The notes under the pieces were generated by a model. It was not told the DNA's origin and searched no databases. It saw only the letters and a list, made by a program, of their open reading frames with translations. This document shows positions 13,130 through 23,848 of a DNA stretch of 64,000 bases, piece after piece. The DNA comes from Glaucostegus cemiculus (Eukaryota): contig CDPCPM010000050.1 of the NCBI GenBank assembly GCA_976551045.1, positions 10,354,001 to 10,418,000 on the forward strand, read 5' to 3'. The position numbers and the translations under genes are program-made. Within the stretch, counting starts at the first letter, position 1; every line of letters starts with the position of its first letter.

Positions 13130-13760
13130 TCCTATACACAGGACACCTCTCTTTCAGCCACTTGTGTTTCCAGCCACAGTACCTGTAACATCTTGCTGTA
13201 TTTTCCCTTTATTGCAGGAGCTTGCTTCTGTTGACTATCCAACGCTTCTCGGCTGGCTTTTATAGATTTGTAGCTTTGCATACCTTCACACAGTTCTTTT
13301 AGAGTTAACTCTTTCTCAAATAATAGCCATTCCCATGGCTCAACTCCTGATTTCCACACACAACCTTATCTCTGAAAGCAGGTACCTTCAAGTCTCTAAA
13401 ACTGCAAATACCTGCTGACAATTGTAGCTCTGATACAGAAGTGTCACAAGATTCTCCCTGTTCCTGGCAGTTAGTATAGAGTCAGTAATGGTCAACTGTT
13501 TCATTTCTAGGGTTGTATTGTGCTTATATAATGCATCCAATGCAATCTCCAGAGTCTCCTGTTTGGCCTTAATGGTAGCATATAATTCTCTCCCCGTTTG
13601 CAAACAATGAAATATAATAATATCTTGACTTTTTTTTCTTTTCTGGTTTATCTCCCATGGCCAGCTCAATGTAAACCCTTTCCTCCACCCTTAGACAGCT
13701 TGGAACTCCAAAAGCTTGGTCTTCCCATTTATTCCATCATGGATAAGCTCAACTGAATCA
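13130..13760 (-). mobile_element. Gypsy/Ty3-type LTR retrotransposon gag relic
   Basis: The frameshifted reading PRNETVDHY*LYTNCQEQGESCDTSVSELQLSAGICSFRDLKVPAFRDKVVCG...WLLFEKELTLKE matches the retrotransposon-gag pattern QxxGESxxxxxxELxxxAxxCxF...RDxxVxG...LLxExxLTL. Confidence 0.7.
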
Positions 13761-14003
13761 CATAGGTCATTATATTTAAACAACTGTCCATGTTTTATCT
13801 CAAATGGGAGAAATCTCCCCTGGCATTTGATATTCCAGCTGAGGCATTGTATCTACATTACATGGTTTCCTTCATCAGCATTGTTGGCACCATGTCTCAG
13901 TATCACTCTCTGCAAGATTGTCACTGATACAAATTAACAACAAGGGTGCTTTAATTAAACAAATTAAAAGTTTGAGGGAAGGACAGAAAGTTTTGCTTCA
14001 CAA

Positions 14004-14085
14004 GTAAGATAAGATATATTAATTAGTCACATGTACATTGAAACACATAGTAAAATGTATCTTTTGCATAGTGTTCTGAGGGCAG
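14004..14085 (-). mobile_element. V-SINE 3' tail fragment
   Basis: taagataagatat...agtcacatgtacattgaaacaca matches the tail of the full copies. Confidence 0.75.
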
Positions 14086-14339
14086 TAGACTGGTTCTACA
14101 CTGAAATATTAATGGTTACATATGGGCTAATTGATCAAATGCTACTATTCTTGAAAGTGTATGTACCAATATCACTGAAGCTATACAAGTTATTACCATG
14201 AGTGTTGGAATTGGTTATAAAGGGCAGAATGAGACTGTTGGAGAAATCAGGTACAGAATGTAAGTAAACAGTCTCTTTCTCTCACCTTTCCACACCTACT
14301 TAGTTCATTGAACTACTTCTGAATTAGTATCTAAGAGCG

Positions 14340-14700
14340 TAAAACCATACTCTGACCTCAGAAACCACTTCCAACTTGGTGTCCCCAGCCAACAACAACT
14401 TCCCATTACTAGGGCAAAGTATTTCACTTTGAGTCCATGCAGAGCCCAGCATCACACCAGAGAGGTTCTAGTGAAGATTGTCACAACCTTCCAAGACTTG
14501 ATCCTTTCTCCTCCCTCCATCCAATTGCTCCAACTGACAAGTTTGCAGTGTCCTTTTAAATTGCACCATTTGTGCTGTCATCACAACAACATGGTCATTG
14601 ATCGAGGAACTTTGAAATCATGTATCAATGTAGGGGATGGGTTAAAGCAAACACTGGTTGAATGCTCCTCATTTGCACGTTTCCTGTTCTTCACCATTCT
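14340..14700 (-). mobile_element. Very old CR1-like RT remnant
   Basis: The minus strand reads gctggggacaccaagttggaagtg, a decayed ADDTKLG. Little else is recognisable. Confidence 0.3.
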
Positions 14701-16669
14701 CCCCACTCACCAACTCCTAGCTTGTCACTAATTCAAAAGATCAGTTTAGCGTTGAATGAGATTTAGAACCAAACCAACAGAACTATAAAAGTTCATTTAA
14801 CCAGCCAAGTTTTAGTTCTTGTCAGATATTACACTTACTAAGAAATTAATTAATTCCTTTAGCCAACCAGTTTTGGTGGCTCATATTCTGAAAGGCTGAG
14901 TCCAGTCCTAAACTTGTGGCTTTAACACAGTTAAGACATAGCAAAAATCGATTTTGAGGTAAAGTATATTGATAAGATTAGTGATATCATTTTATCTTAT
15001 TAAAATATACAAGTGTTTGAACTGCATTGTGTACTTGGTTTCTGCCATACTTAATTGAAAACAAATGAATAAAAATTGAACTGATTTAACCCTTTCGCTG
15101 ATGCTTTCTGCTTATTTACTGGGCTTCTGACCATAAAAAAGTACAAGGGGAGGGGTCAGTCCTTTGCTTTGTAGTTATGTGTGCCAAGGTTAACAATTTT
15201 AACCTTTCTGGTTATTAATGGTGATTTGAGAACATGTAGAATCAAACACTGAACTCAATAAAGGGCTTTACAAGACTAACTTGTTTTGAACTTTATCATT
15301 GAAAACTAGGACCCATCTGAATAAACTTTGCTCTTTCTGTAACACTTAACCACCCATCTCTCATTAATGCTGCATGTTTATCAGATGGTTTTGGAATGTG
15401 AACATTTCATTGCAGAAATTCAATACTTAAACAGATAGCAAAGTACAAAAATCTAAAATAAAGAGAGCAACCTCCCTTTTTTAGGGTGGGGGGAGTGGGA
15501 TTTAACAGCACATCAGTGTCAAATGAAATTTAGGATGAGTTGGAGACATTTCAAACATACATGTTTGGATAACACAGAAAATTACTTCCTATACAGTAAA
15601 CTCTGAAAATGTTTAGTTTTATCTCCTGGCCACACTGTCTGTGATCTGCTTGCTCACGGTCAAAAAAAAACCTGTTTCCTATCACACACTGTGAGAGAGC
15701 TTGACAGTCTATGTTGCCTGACTTTGGCAACCAGCAATTAATAGTGGGGTCTCATAACACAAGGAAGTGGCGCTGTGATGTTTATATTCAGTAATAAACA
15801 CAGTTAAGCGTCTGCCATGATTCTCTGCAGTGGTCAACTGAAAAGCTGAATGGCTGCCTTCTGGTTTGAGGCTCTCCTCGTCTCCTGAGGAAGAAAGTGA
15901 AGCCCCCTAAGTACTTTGCGTTTGGATATGGGGTGAACTTTCCAAGCATAAACACAGTTATGAAAATGCTCTCGCACTTGCCATGTTAATGAGGTTACCC
16001 GTGACATTCTTCATGCAATGAAATTTGACTCGGTGAACTCTTGTTTTTTTTAACAAAGCTGAGTTTGGCAGAAGCCAGTTCACTGTACTTCATCACAGCG
16101 GGAACAATAAAATTCCTGCAGACTTCAGCACAGGGAAGCATCAATGAATGTAATATATTTTGACCTGCCAGTAAAATGGGTCATTCATTTAGAAAAGAAG
16201 TGAGGCAATTCTGCAGTTTTGATGTTTTGATGAAGAGGGTTTAATAAAATAGTTTTAACCCTAAATTCAGACAAAACTTCATTCCTTTTCTGAATTTCAT
16301 CTGAAGACAGGGACTGGCTTCAATGCCAAGGAAGAATTGCTTCAGTAGCAACTGGGCAGCTGATTAACTACAGCCGGCTAACAACAGGCAACAGCAGATC
16401 TCATCCACACCAGGAGTATGGTCCAACTCTCTGGCTCTCCATTTTCTCAGCCAAGCTGACTTGATAATATCACACCTTCCCTTGTGACAGCCTGGCTTGA
16501 GGAACAATGGGGCTGAGGCTGGGGGCATCCAACACCCCACCCTCTGTTAAATTGTCACAACCAACCCCCACCCTACCCCTCTGACTTTAACTTAGACTTG
16601 TTGAAGTCATCTGTCATCTTAGTGTTGCCCCCTGTGAGGCCTGACACCCAATCATAAACATTCCTTTTA

Positions 16670-16835
16670 TTTTCTCTTTCCCTGCCTCTTTGTATGTGTG
16701 TCTGTATTTGTGTCTCTTCCCTTCTTATGTCTGTGTGTCCCCCTCCCTCCACTCTTCCCTCTGTGTGTATGTGTGTGTTTCTCCTTCTTTCCTGTGCGTG
16801 TGTGTGTCCCCTACCCCCTAGTGCACCCCCTCCCC
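16670..16835. repeat. (CT)/(GT) low-complexity tract
   Basis: Alternating tgtgtg and ctccctcc runs. Confidence 0.7.
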
Positions 16836-16904
16836 CATCTCAGCAACTTAAATTACACTTCTTTTCTCACTTTCCATGTGATGGAGATTGAGCTAAAACA
16901 GTAA

Positions 16905-16975
16905 TCTTGTTTCTCTCTCTCTGCAGATGCAGACTGACCAGCTGAATATTTCCAGAATTTTTACTTGTATATCTG
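16905..16975 (+). mobile_element. Penelope pseudo-LTR fragment
   Basis: ctctctgcagatgcagactgaccagctgaatatttccagaattttt is homologous to the other pLTRs. Confidence 0.55.
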
Positions 16976-17627
16976 AACAGAACATAGTGGAAAACTAATA
17001 CCCGTCCAACTTGTAAAACCTGAATCTAAACCAGTTGGTGAATGTTACTGACCTTTGAAAAGTCACAAATGACAAATGGGACCAAGTGGGGAGTAGAGGC
17101 AGGATTTGAGGTCCATTGAAAGTTCCTGTTGCAGTGTCACAGAGATGTGGCTGTGTCCATCTTCTCTGAGGTCTTTGTCACCAAAGGGTTGAATTTGTGG
17201 GAAATGGGATCGGGCTACAATGTAACTCTCCAAGAATACCACCCACTTCCAGAAGATATAGAGTGCACAAGGTGGGAGGAGAGCAGAAAGCAGACACGCA
17301 GGGGAGGTGAGAGAGAGAGAGAAGGAGGGACGATGCACCCACATGGAGGGAAAGGACACGTGTGCAGGGGGAGGGAGTGGACACGCATGCACAGTGAACA
17401 AAAGGCAAGCCCTGCGGTGTTGAGGGGAAGACACGATTTCGAGGACCTTGACTGAGACATTGATGCCTTGCTCTTTGCAAGTGCTTTTCTGAGTTTTCAA
17501 TGCTGTGCATGTTGTTACATAGTGGCTGGGTCTCAAAGTATTTATCACGTGGCATAGATATGCTGTAATCAATGCCTGAATAGTTCCCCTTACCTCACAG
17601 TGGTGTAGAGTCACTTGTAGTGCAGAA

Positions 17628-17965
17628 GACTGAGAGGTAATCTTATAGAAGTGTATAAAATCATGAGGTGAATGCTGTCACTCTTTTTCCCAGGGTTGGG
17701 GAATCAAGAACTAGAGGGCATAGGTTTTTAGGTGAATCGGCCAAGATTTAATAGGAACTTGAGGGGGCAACTGTGTGTTGAATGAGCTGCCAGAGGAAGT
17801 GGTTGAGGCGGGTACAACAGCAACTTTTTAAAAAAACTATTCAACAGATACATGGATAGGAAACATTTTGAAAGTTATGGGCCAAATGCTGGTAAATGGG
17901 CATCTTGCTCGGCATGGACCAGTTGGGCTGAAGGGCCTGTTTCTGTACTGTATGACTCTCTGACC
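17628..17965 (+). mobile_element. CR1 (HER1-like) LINE 3' end
   Basis: RLRGNLIEVYKIMR...ESRTRGHR motifs, and the tail gggctgaagggcctgtttctgtactgtatgactct. Confidence 0.85.
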
Positions 17966-19264
17966 CAATCTATAAGGACAATTGCTTGGGGGGCTGGGAG
18001 AATGGTTGTGGACGCAAACACTGAATGCTCATTCCCTTTGCCCCACCCTCTGCCCACATTGTCTCTCAAGCCTTTGGCAGCCACTTGTTCTCTTGCACTC
18101 TGGCTGCTGTAGGAGAGTTCTTTGTGGTAGTGACTTGCTGTCCCCATGGCAATGAGGTGGCAGCTGTGATCACTGCATGAATCTGCCACTAGGAACCATA
18201 CAGGTCACATTTCAACACAGCAATAGGCTGAAGACCAACACAATAATTTTTTTAAAGGTAAATTTTCTGAATTCTGTGAATGGGTTTAGGGCTGGGGCTT
18301 AGTGAATCAAATAAGGATGAAATTGAATTTCTAGGGAATAGCGTGATGAGTAACCATCAAATATAACTAATGGTATATGTGATACCTCTCTTAAATAACA
18401 CAACAAACTTCAAAAAATTGAAGCTGAGTTGTGGACAAGAGAGACAAAATTGTGGAAAGTAATACTTTTATGAATTGCAGTAATTTGCAAAGGTCGATCA
18501 GCATGTTCATTTCTGGGAGGAAATCAGCTTAAACTTCTAACGTGGTTTATATTTTTTGAAAACATTTGAGTCATACCATTAAATCATGCCTGCAGATTGT
18601 TTTGATTTAGTAACCACATTTTTTTTCTCTTTACTGCAGTTCATTGCTTCAATTCAAGAATGTGATTGGTTTGGTTCACAATGGTTGCTGTAGAAATAAG
18701 GGAGTTGTTTCTGGGATTGGATGGACACTCAGCATGCCTTGGGAGCAGCTGAGGTGGAGGTCAGAGAGACCAGAGGCATTAGCTGGTTGGATGATTGGCT
18801 AATTGCAGTAGAATCTTAATGTTGTGGAATCATGTTCCAATTTAGGAAGGGCCTTACCTATTAGTAAATCCACTTACTCATGAGCAAGGCAGTGAATGAT
18901 GTATGTTCAATCTCCTGAATTGGCTGAGAGAGTCAACAAATGTACAACTGCAGAGATTTTCAACATGATAGCTCAACACATGGGTTTACAAAAGTATTTA
19001 CATTTACAATCACGTGGTATCACTGGCATAGAAACAGGGTAACCAGCCCAACTGGCTTCTGCCTATGTTTCTAATCCACAAGAATTTCTTCTCATTCTAT
19101 CTGCCTCATTACAGCCCTTCACTATAACTCTCTATTCCCATTTCTCTCCCGTATTTAGCCAGCTACCTTCTGAAAATCTCTTAGCTACTTTCCTTAAGCA
19201 TTTACTCCACATTCTATCCACTTTGAGGCAAGAAATTTATCTTTATTTCTCTATATTGATTTTT

Positions 19265-19467
19265 AAGATATTTATTTATTAGTCATATGTACATTGAAAC
19301 ACACAGTGAACTGCACCTGTTTGCATTACTGAAAATGTGCTGGGAAAAACTCATAAGTGTCACCACTCTTCCGGTGCCAACAGCTCCTAACCTGTACGCC
19401 TTTGGAATATGGGAGGAAACTGGAGCACCCTGAGGAAACCCAAGCAGACACTGGGAGAATGTACAAA
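19265..19467 (-). mobile_element. V-SINE, stem-loop/(ATCTT)-tail family, 5'-truncated
   Basis: V-domain and tail homologous to the copy at 53315. Confidence 0.8.
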
Positions 19468-19564
19468 GTCATTAATAACATTCTTGTATTGATGACCTCC
19501 TGTTGTAGAGTCTCCCACCCACATGCAATCATTCTTCTCATGTCTAACTGTCCAAAGGGAAGGT

Positions 19565-19890
19565 GGTAAGGTGGCACAGCATTTCACACCATTGCTTCAC
19601 AGTGCTGGGAATCTGGGTTCAATCCTGACCTCAGATGCTGAAGTTTGCACATACTCCCCATGACCAAATGAGCTTCTACCTGGTGTTCAGATTTTCTTCC
19701 ACATCCCAAATGTGCTGGTAGGTTCACTGGATACGGCAAATTTCCCCTGGTAAATGCCAATAAGTATAGTGGGGAGTTGATGCACATGTGAGAGCAAATA
19801 ACTTGAAGGGCTACAAGGAAATAAGGAACAGGACTCATGGCACTGCTCTTTCAGGAGCTAATGTGGAGTGAATGGCCTCTCTGCGTTGCA
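19565..19890 (+). mobile_element. HE1-like V-SINE, degenerate
   Basis: Head gtggcacag...gggttcaatcctgacctc, a V-domain, and a gaatggcct tail. Confidence 0.65.
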
Positions 19891-19989
19891 TGAGTAGTTT
19901 GATATAAACAGTGTTTGTCTGAGTGAGGCATTGGGAAGTCGTGGCAAAGCTAATATAAATGGGAATCAAAGTGAATGTGCTCCATTACC

Positions 19990-20330
19990 TGGAGTCAAGT
20001 CTCACACAACAGAAAATGGCTGCGCTTGTTAGTGGTTCATCATTTTAGCAAAAAGGCTGTTGTAGGAGTTTGTCTAGACAGTATTCAATGTTCAACCACC
20101 TTTAGCTGCTTTATCAATAACCTCCTTTCCATAAAAGGATCAGAATTGGGGATGTTTGCTAATGATTACATAGTGTTACCTTCTATTTGCAACTCCTCAG
20201 ATAAAGAAGTAATTGACAGGCAGCAAAAACAAGGCATTATTTGGACTTAGGCTGATAACTGGGAAGTAGCTTTTATGCAATACAAGATTCAGGCAATGGC
20301 CATTATTAATGAAAGAGAATCTAAATGCAC
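19990..20330 (+). mobile_element. CR1-clade RT fragment
   Basis: Reads STTFSCFINNLLSIKGSELGMFANDYIV, a decayed FINDL...FADD. Confidence 0.7.
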
Positions 20331-20555
20331 TCACTTGTATCTTTCCCAATAGCTGAAATCTCTCTGTCCTATTAACATGTTGTAACTATATTTTTCAATT
20401 TCTGCCATGTTTTATGTCCTTTTTATATTACAGGCAAATCACATGAGCCAAATGCCTAAAGCATATATTTAAGTTCACTTCCAAACTTTGATTTTGCTGA
20501 AGTCAACAAAACTGAATTTTGAACGTGGAGTACAATTCACTTACACTGCTTTATA

Positions 20556-20710
20556 AATCAAAATATTGGAAATATTCAACAGGTTAAGCGTCATCTGAGG
20601 TAAGTTCTGATTTGAACAATTCTGATGAAAACTTTCTCCACAGATGATGCCTTCCCAGTTGAGTATTTCCAAGATTTTCTGGTTTCCAGCATCTGTAGTA
20701 TTTTGCTTTT
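20556..20710. mobile_element. Two inverted Penelope pseudo-LTR pieces forming an imperfect hairpin
   Basis: aaaatattggaaatattcaac...gcgtcatctg pairs with cagatgatgc...gttgagtatttccaagatttt. Confidence 0.65.
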
Positions 20711-21019
20711 ACAGATGAAGTGCAATCAAGGAAAAAACTCCACACAGAACTGTGCACGGCACTAATTGTCGCCTAAACTGGATGCGATACAAATTTAACA
20801 AACTGTCATGACTGGAAATCCCAGAGTCCTGTTGATATGTTTAATAGACTTACTGAACTACAGAGCTGCATTTAATGATTATGACAGCTATATTCCCTAA
20901 TCCATTTGCATTTCAGCCCCTTGCAGTTTCTTATTTTCTGGAATACGTGTTTTACTTTACAAAATGGTGCCTCTCCTGACCTTAATCATGAGCCTAACGC
21001 AGGGTACTTCATCAAAGAC

Positions 21020-21215
21020 TTTGTGAAAATTCAAGGGTGTGGTGTTAGAATCTTTGAATAGTTATAAGGCAGAGGCAACTAGATTGTTAATAAACAAGGG
21101 GTGAAAGGTTATTGTGGGTAGGTGCAACACAGAGTTAAGGTTCAAATCAAATCAGCCATAACATTGTTGAAGGGTGGAACAGACTGAGGGTTGAAGGACC
21201 TGGTGCTGCTTCTCA
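21020..21215 (+). mobile_element. CR1 3' end, degenerate
   Basis: Homologous to 7012-7222 (aaggggtgaaaggtt...atcagccat). Confidence 0.6.
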
Positions 21216-21299
21216 TTTGTACATTTATATCTATTCTTTTCTTTACATCTGCAAACATTTCAATCAGGCTAGTTTGGCCTAGAATGCAGACCAACAGTT

Positions 21300-21800
21300 T
21301 TATTTTGTTTTCTGAATCTCAATCAGTTTTTAATCATTTCTTTTTGTAACGATTCCAGTATCTTCTTTTATTAGCATTAAGCTGCCTTATAATTCCTTGT
21401 TTTTGTTCAATCCTCCATTGTGTATATAGGAGCAACATTTTGTGTCTGTTAGTCTCCTGGCACTATTATCTCCTCTGTGCAACTTTTCCCAATGTTACTG
21501 CTATTGCCTCCCAAATTTCCTTGAATATACACGGATGTATGCCATTTGAACCTTGGCTTTTATCCTCTTAGCTGCGCTAGTTTTTCAATTATTTCCTTCC
21601 TTTCTACTGCTACACTAATGTTCTTTTCAAGTTTATGTTCCTGTGATATACTGTTTATATCTTGTCCAATAAAGGCTGAAGCAAAGTAGTCATTAAATAC
21701 TTTTGCCAATTCTGTCATTACTTAAAAATGTACTTTGCTTAAACCTTAATAGTTCTAATCCTATTTTAAGTTTACTATTTTTACTTATGCATCAGTGAGA
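21300..21800 (-). mobile_element. Old CR1 ORF2 remnant
   Basis: The minus strand encodes LAKVFNDYFASAF. Confidence 0.5.
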
Positions 21801-21854
21801 CCATATTATTTACTTGTACATTAATTACAGTACCCTTACATTAATTTACAGTAC

Positions 21855-22280
21855 TCTGGGCCTGTACTCACTGGAGTTTAGAAGGATGAGGGGGGATCTC
21901 ATTGAAACCTACCGAATATTGAAAGGCCTGGATAGAGTGGACACAAAGAGAATGTTTCCAATAGTGGAAAAGTCTTGGACCAGAGGGCATAGCCTCAGAT
22001 TAAAAGGACGTCCTTTTAGAACAGAGATGAGGGAGAATTTCTTTAGCCGGGGGTGGTGAATCTGTGGAATTCACTTCCACAGACGGCTGTGGTGACCGAG
22101 TCACTGGGTATATTTAAAGCAGAGGTTGAGAGGTTCTTGATTAGTAAGGGCGTCAAAGGTTACGGGGAGAAGGCAGGTGAATGGGGTTGAGAAGGAAAAA
22201 TAAATCAGCCATGACCAAATGGCAGAGCAGACTCGATGGACTGAATGGCCTAATTCTTCTCCTATGTCTTATGGTCTTAT
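21855..22280 (+). mobile_element. Young CR1 (HER1-like) LINE 3' end
   Basis: Reads LGLYSLEFRRMRGDLIETYRILKGLDRVD...TRGHSLRLKGRPFRTEMRENFFS, with tail atgtcttatggtcttat and CpGs retained. Confidence 0.92.
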
Positions 22281-22637
22281 AAATTCTCTGCTTTGTACCT
22301 GATTCTTTAAATAACTATCCTCCCAAGTTGTTTGTGTTTATGTCATCCACTCCTTTACAATCCATGTAGTTTTGATAGATTATCTTCATTTTGCTTTCAT
22401 TCTTTATTCATTCAGGATGCCTATAATTGGCTTGCTTGTTTTTTGATGTTTTATCAGAGAGAAAAAGTAGTTTTGATCAGGGTGACATAAAAATATGCAA
22501 ATGACAAACCTCAGCATGCATAATCCAGCGATGAAGTTCCTGAACCCTATAAATAGATAACATCATTTTTAGATTGAATTCTGCACTTTAAATCAGTAAT
22601 ACGTTAACTTTTTCCTATTCATCACCATTTTCTGCAG

Positions 22638-22671
22638 AAATAGCGGGGATTGAAGAGTAACTTGAGCCAAG
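22638..22671 (+). other. Candidate 34-nt non-coding exon
   Basis: Acceptor ttaactttttcctattcatcaccattttctgcag and donor AAG|gtaagt. All three frames contain a stop. Confidence 0.25.
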
Positions 22672-23469
22672 GTAAGTAATCAAAGGAATGGTATAGTGCC
22701 GACTCCAGTATTAAAGTGTGATTTGTGGAAAGCTGTCTCTTGGGATGGACCTTGGCAGAAATTCTTAGTAGAAAATCTCAAGGAAAGGAACCTTCTTCTT
22801 TTAGATCAATGAAAGAGGAATGGAGGCAATGGGGGCAATGGGAGAGGTAACATTTACAAGGCTTGTTCCACCACAGATGCCAGTCAATAAAGAAATCCTG
22901 GTAAAGGGAAGTGTTTTATAGAGGAAAACAAATCTAGGATGGTCAAAGAATGGAAGGAACGCATGTGACTAATAAAGTTATCTTGTCACCTTGTCACCTA
23001 AACAAATGCTAGTGGATGGGAACTGAGACCTGCAGAGGGTAAAGTTTTGATTAATATTATGTGCTGAATTAATTGATTTCCTTTGAAGTGACATTAGAAT
23101 AACTAGAGTTCCAACAACTGGACTTTTTGGTTCCCCTCTGACGAAAATTGCATACTTATGGTGGTGGAGTTGTACCTTTCATTAATAAATAGACTGTTAA
23201 CTTTACCTGCCTGAGATAGTTCATGATGACCGCCCATGTTTGCATCCATGCAGTTGAAGTTTAATATAAGATGACCCATTGGAATGGAAGAGCTGAGAAA
23301 GTTAAAGATGAGCATTCATCCCAGTACTGGTGGAGCTATTGCCCTAAGGGTGTCTCAATTCAAATGATGCAGGTTGTGAGGAGGTGGTCAGTGGCAGGGG
23401 TGTGGTTGATAGAGTGGGCAGTTGTCCTGTGGTTGATTAACACAACACACACCAAAATGCCATGGTACA

Positions 23470-23848
23470 TTGACAACATCTATGCCCTTTTCTCATGGCT
23501 ACTGTCAGGCAGGAGGTACAGAAGTTTGAAGTCCCACACCACCAGGTTCAGGAACAGCTACTTTCTTACAACCATCAGGTTCTTGAACCTACCTGCACAA
23601 TCCTAATCTGACCTCAGTAATGGAACACTGCGGGCTACCATGGACTAGTCTTCAGTTGTGTCTTTGTTTTTTTTCGCATTAAGTTCTTGCTTTTGCACTG
23701 TCTTTTTTTTCACTGTACGGCATAATTTTACATGTAATTTATTTTCTGTGTATTGTCTGTACCTACATGTCTGTGATGCAGCTGCAGTTAAGTTTTTCAT
23801 TGTACTGTACCTCACCGTACTTGTGCACATAACACTAAACTCAACTTG
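23470..23848 (+). mobile_element. Rex1/Babar-type LINE 3' end
   Basis: Reads LFSWLLSGRRYRSLKSHTTRFRNSYFLTTIRFLN, followed by the 3' UTR. Confidence 0.85.

Noticed and set aside
16622-16642. CTCF-like site gttgccccctgtgagg
   Set aside because: It matches only half the motif, which is expected by chance in 64 kb.
17063-17614. 183-aa ORF and overlapping ORFs
   Set aside because: They run through a purine-rich low-complexity tract that lacks stops in several frames. No domain or splice support.
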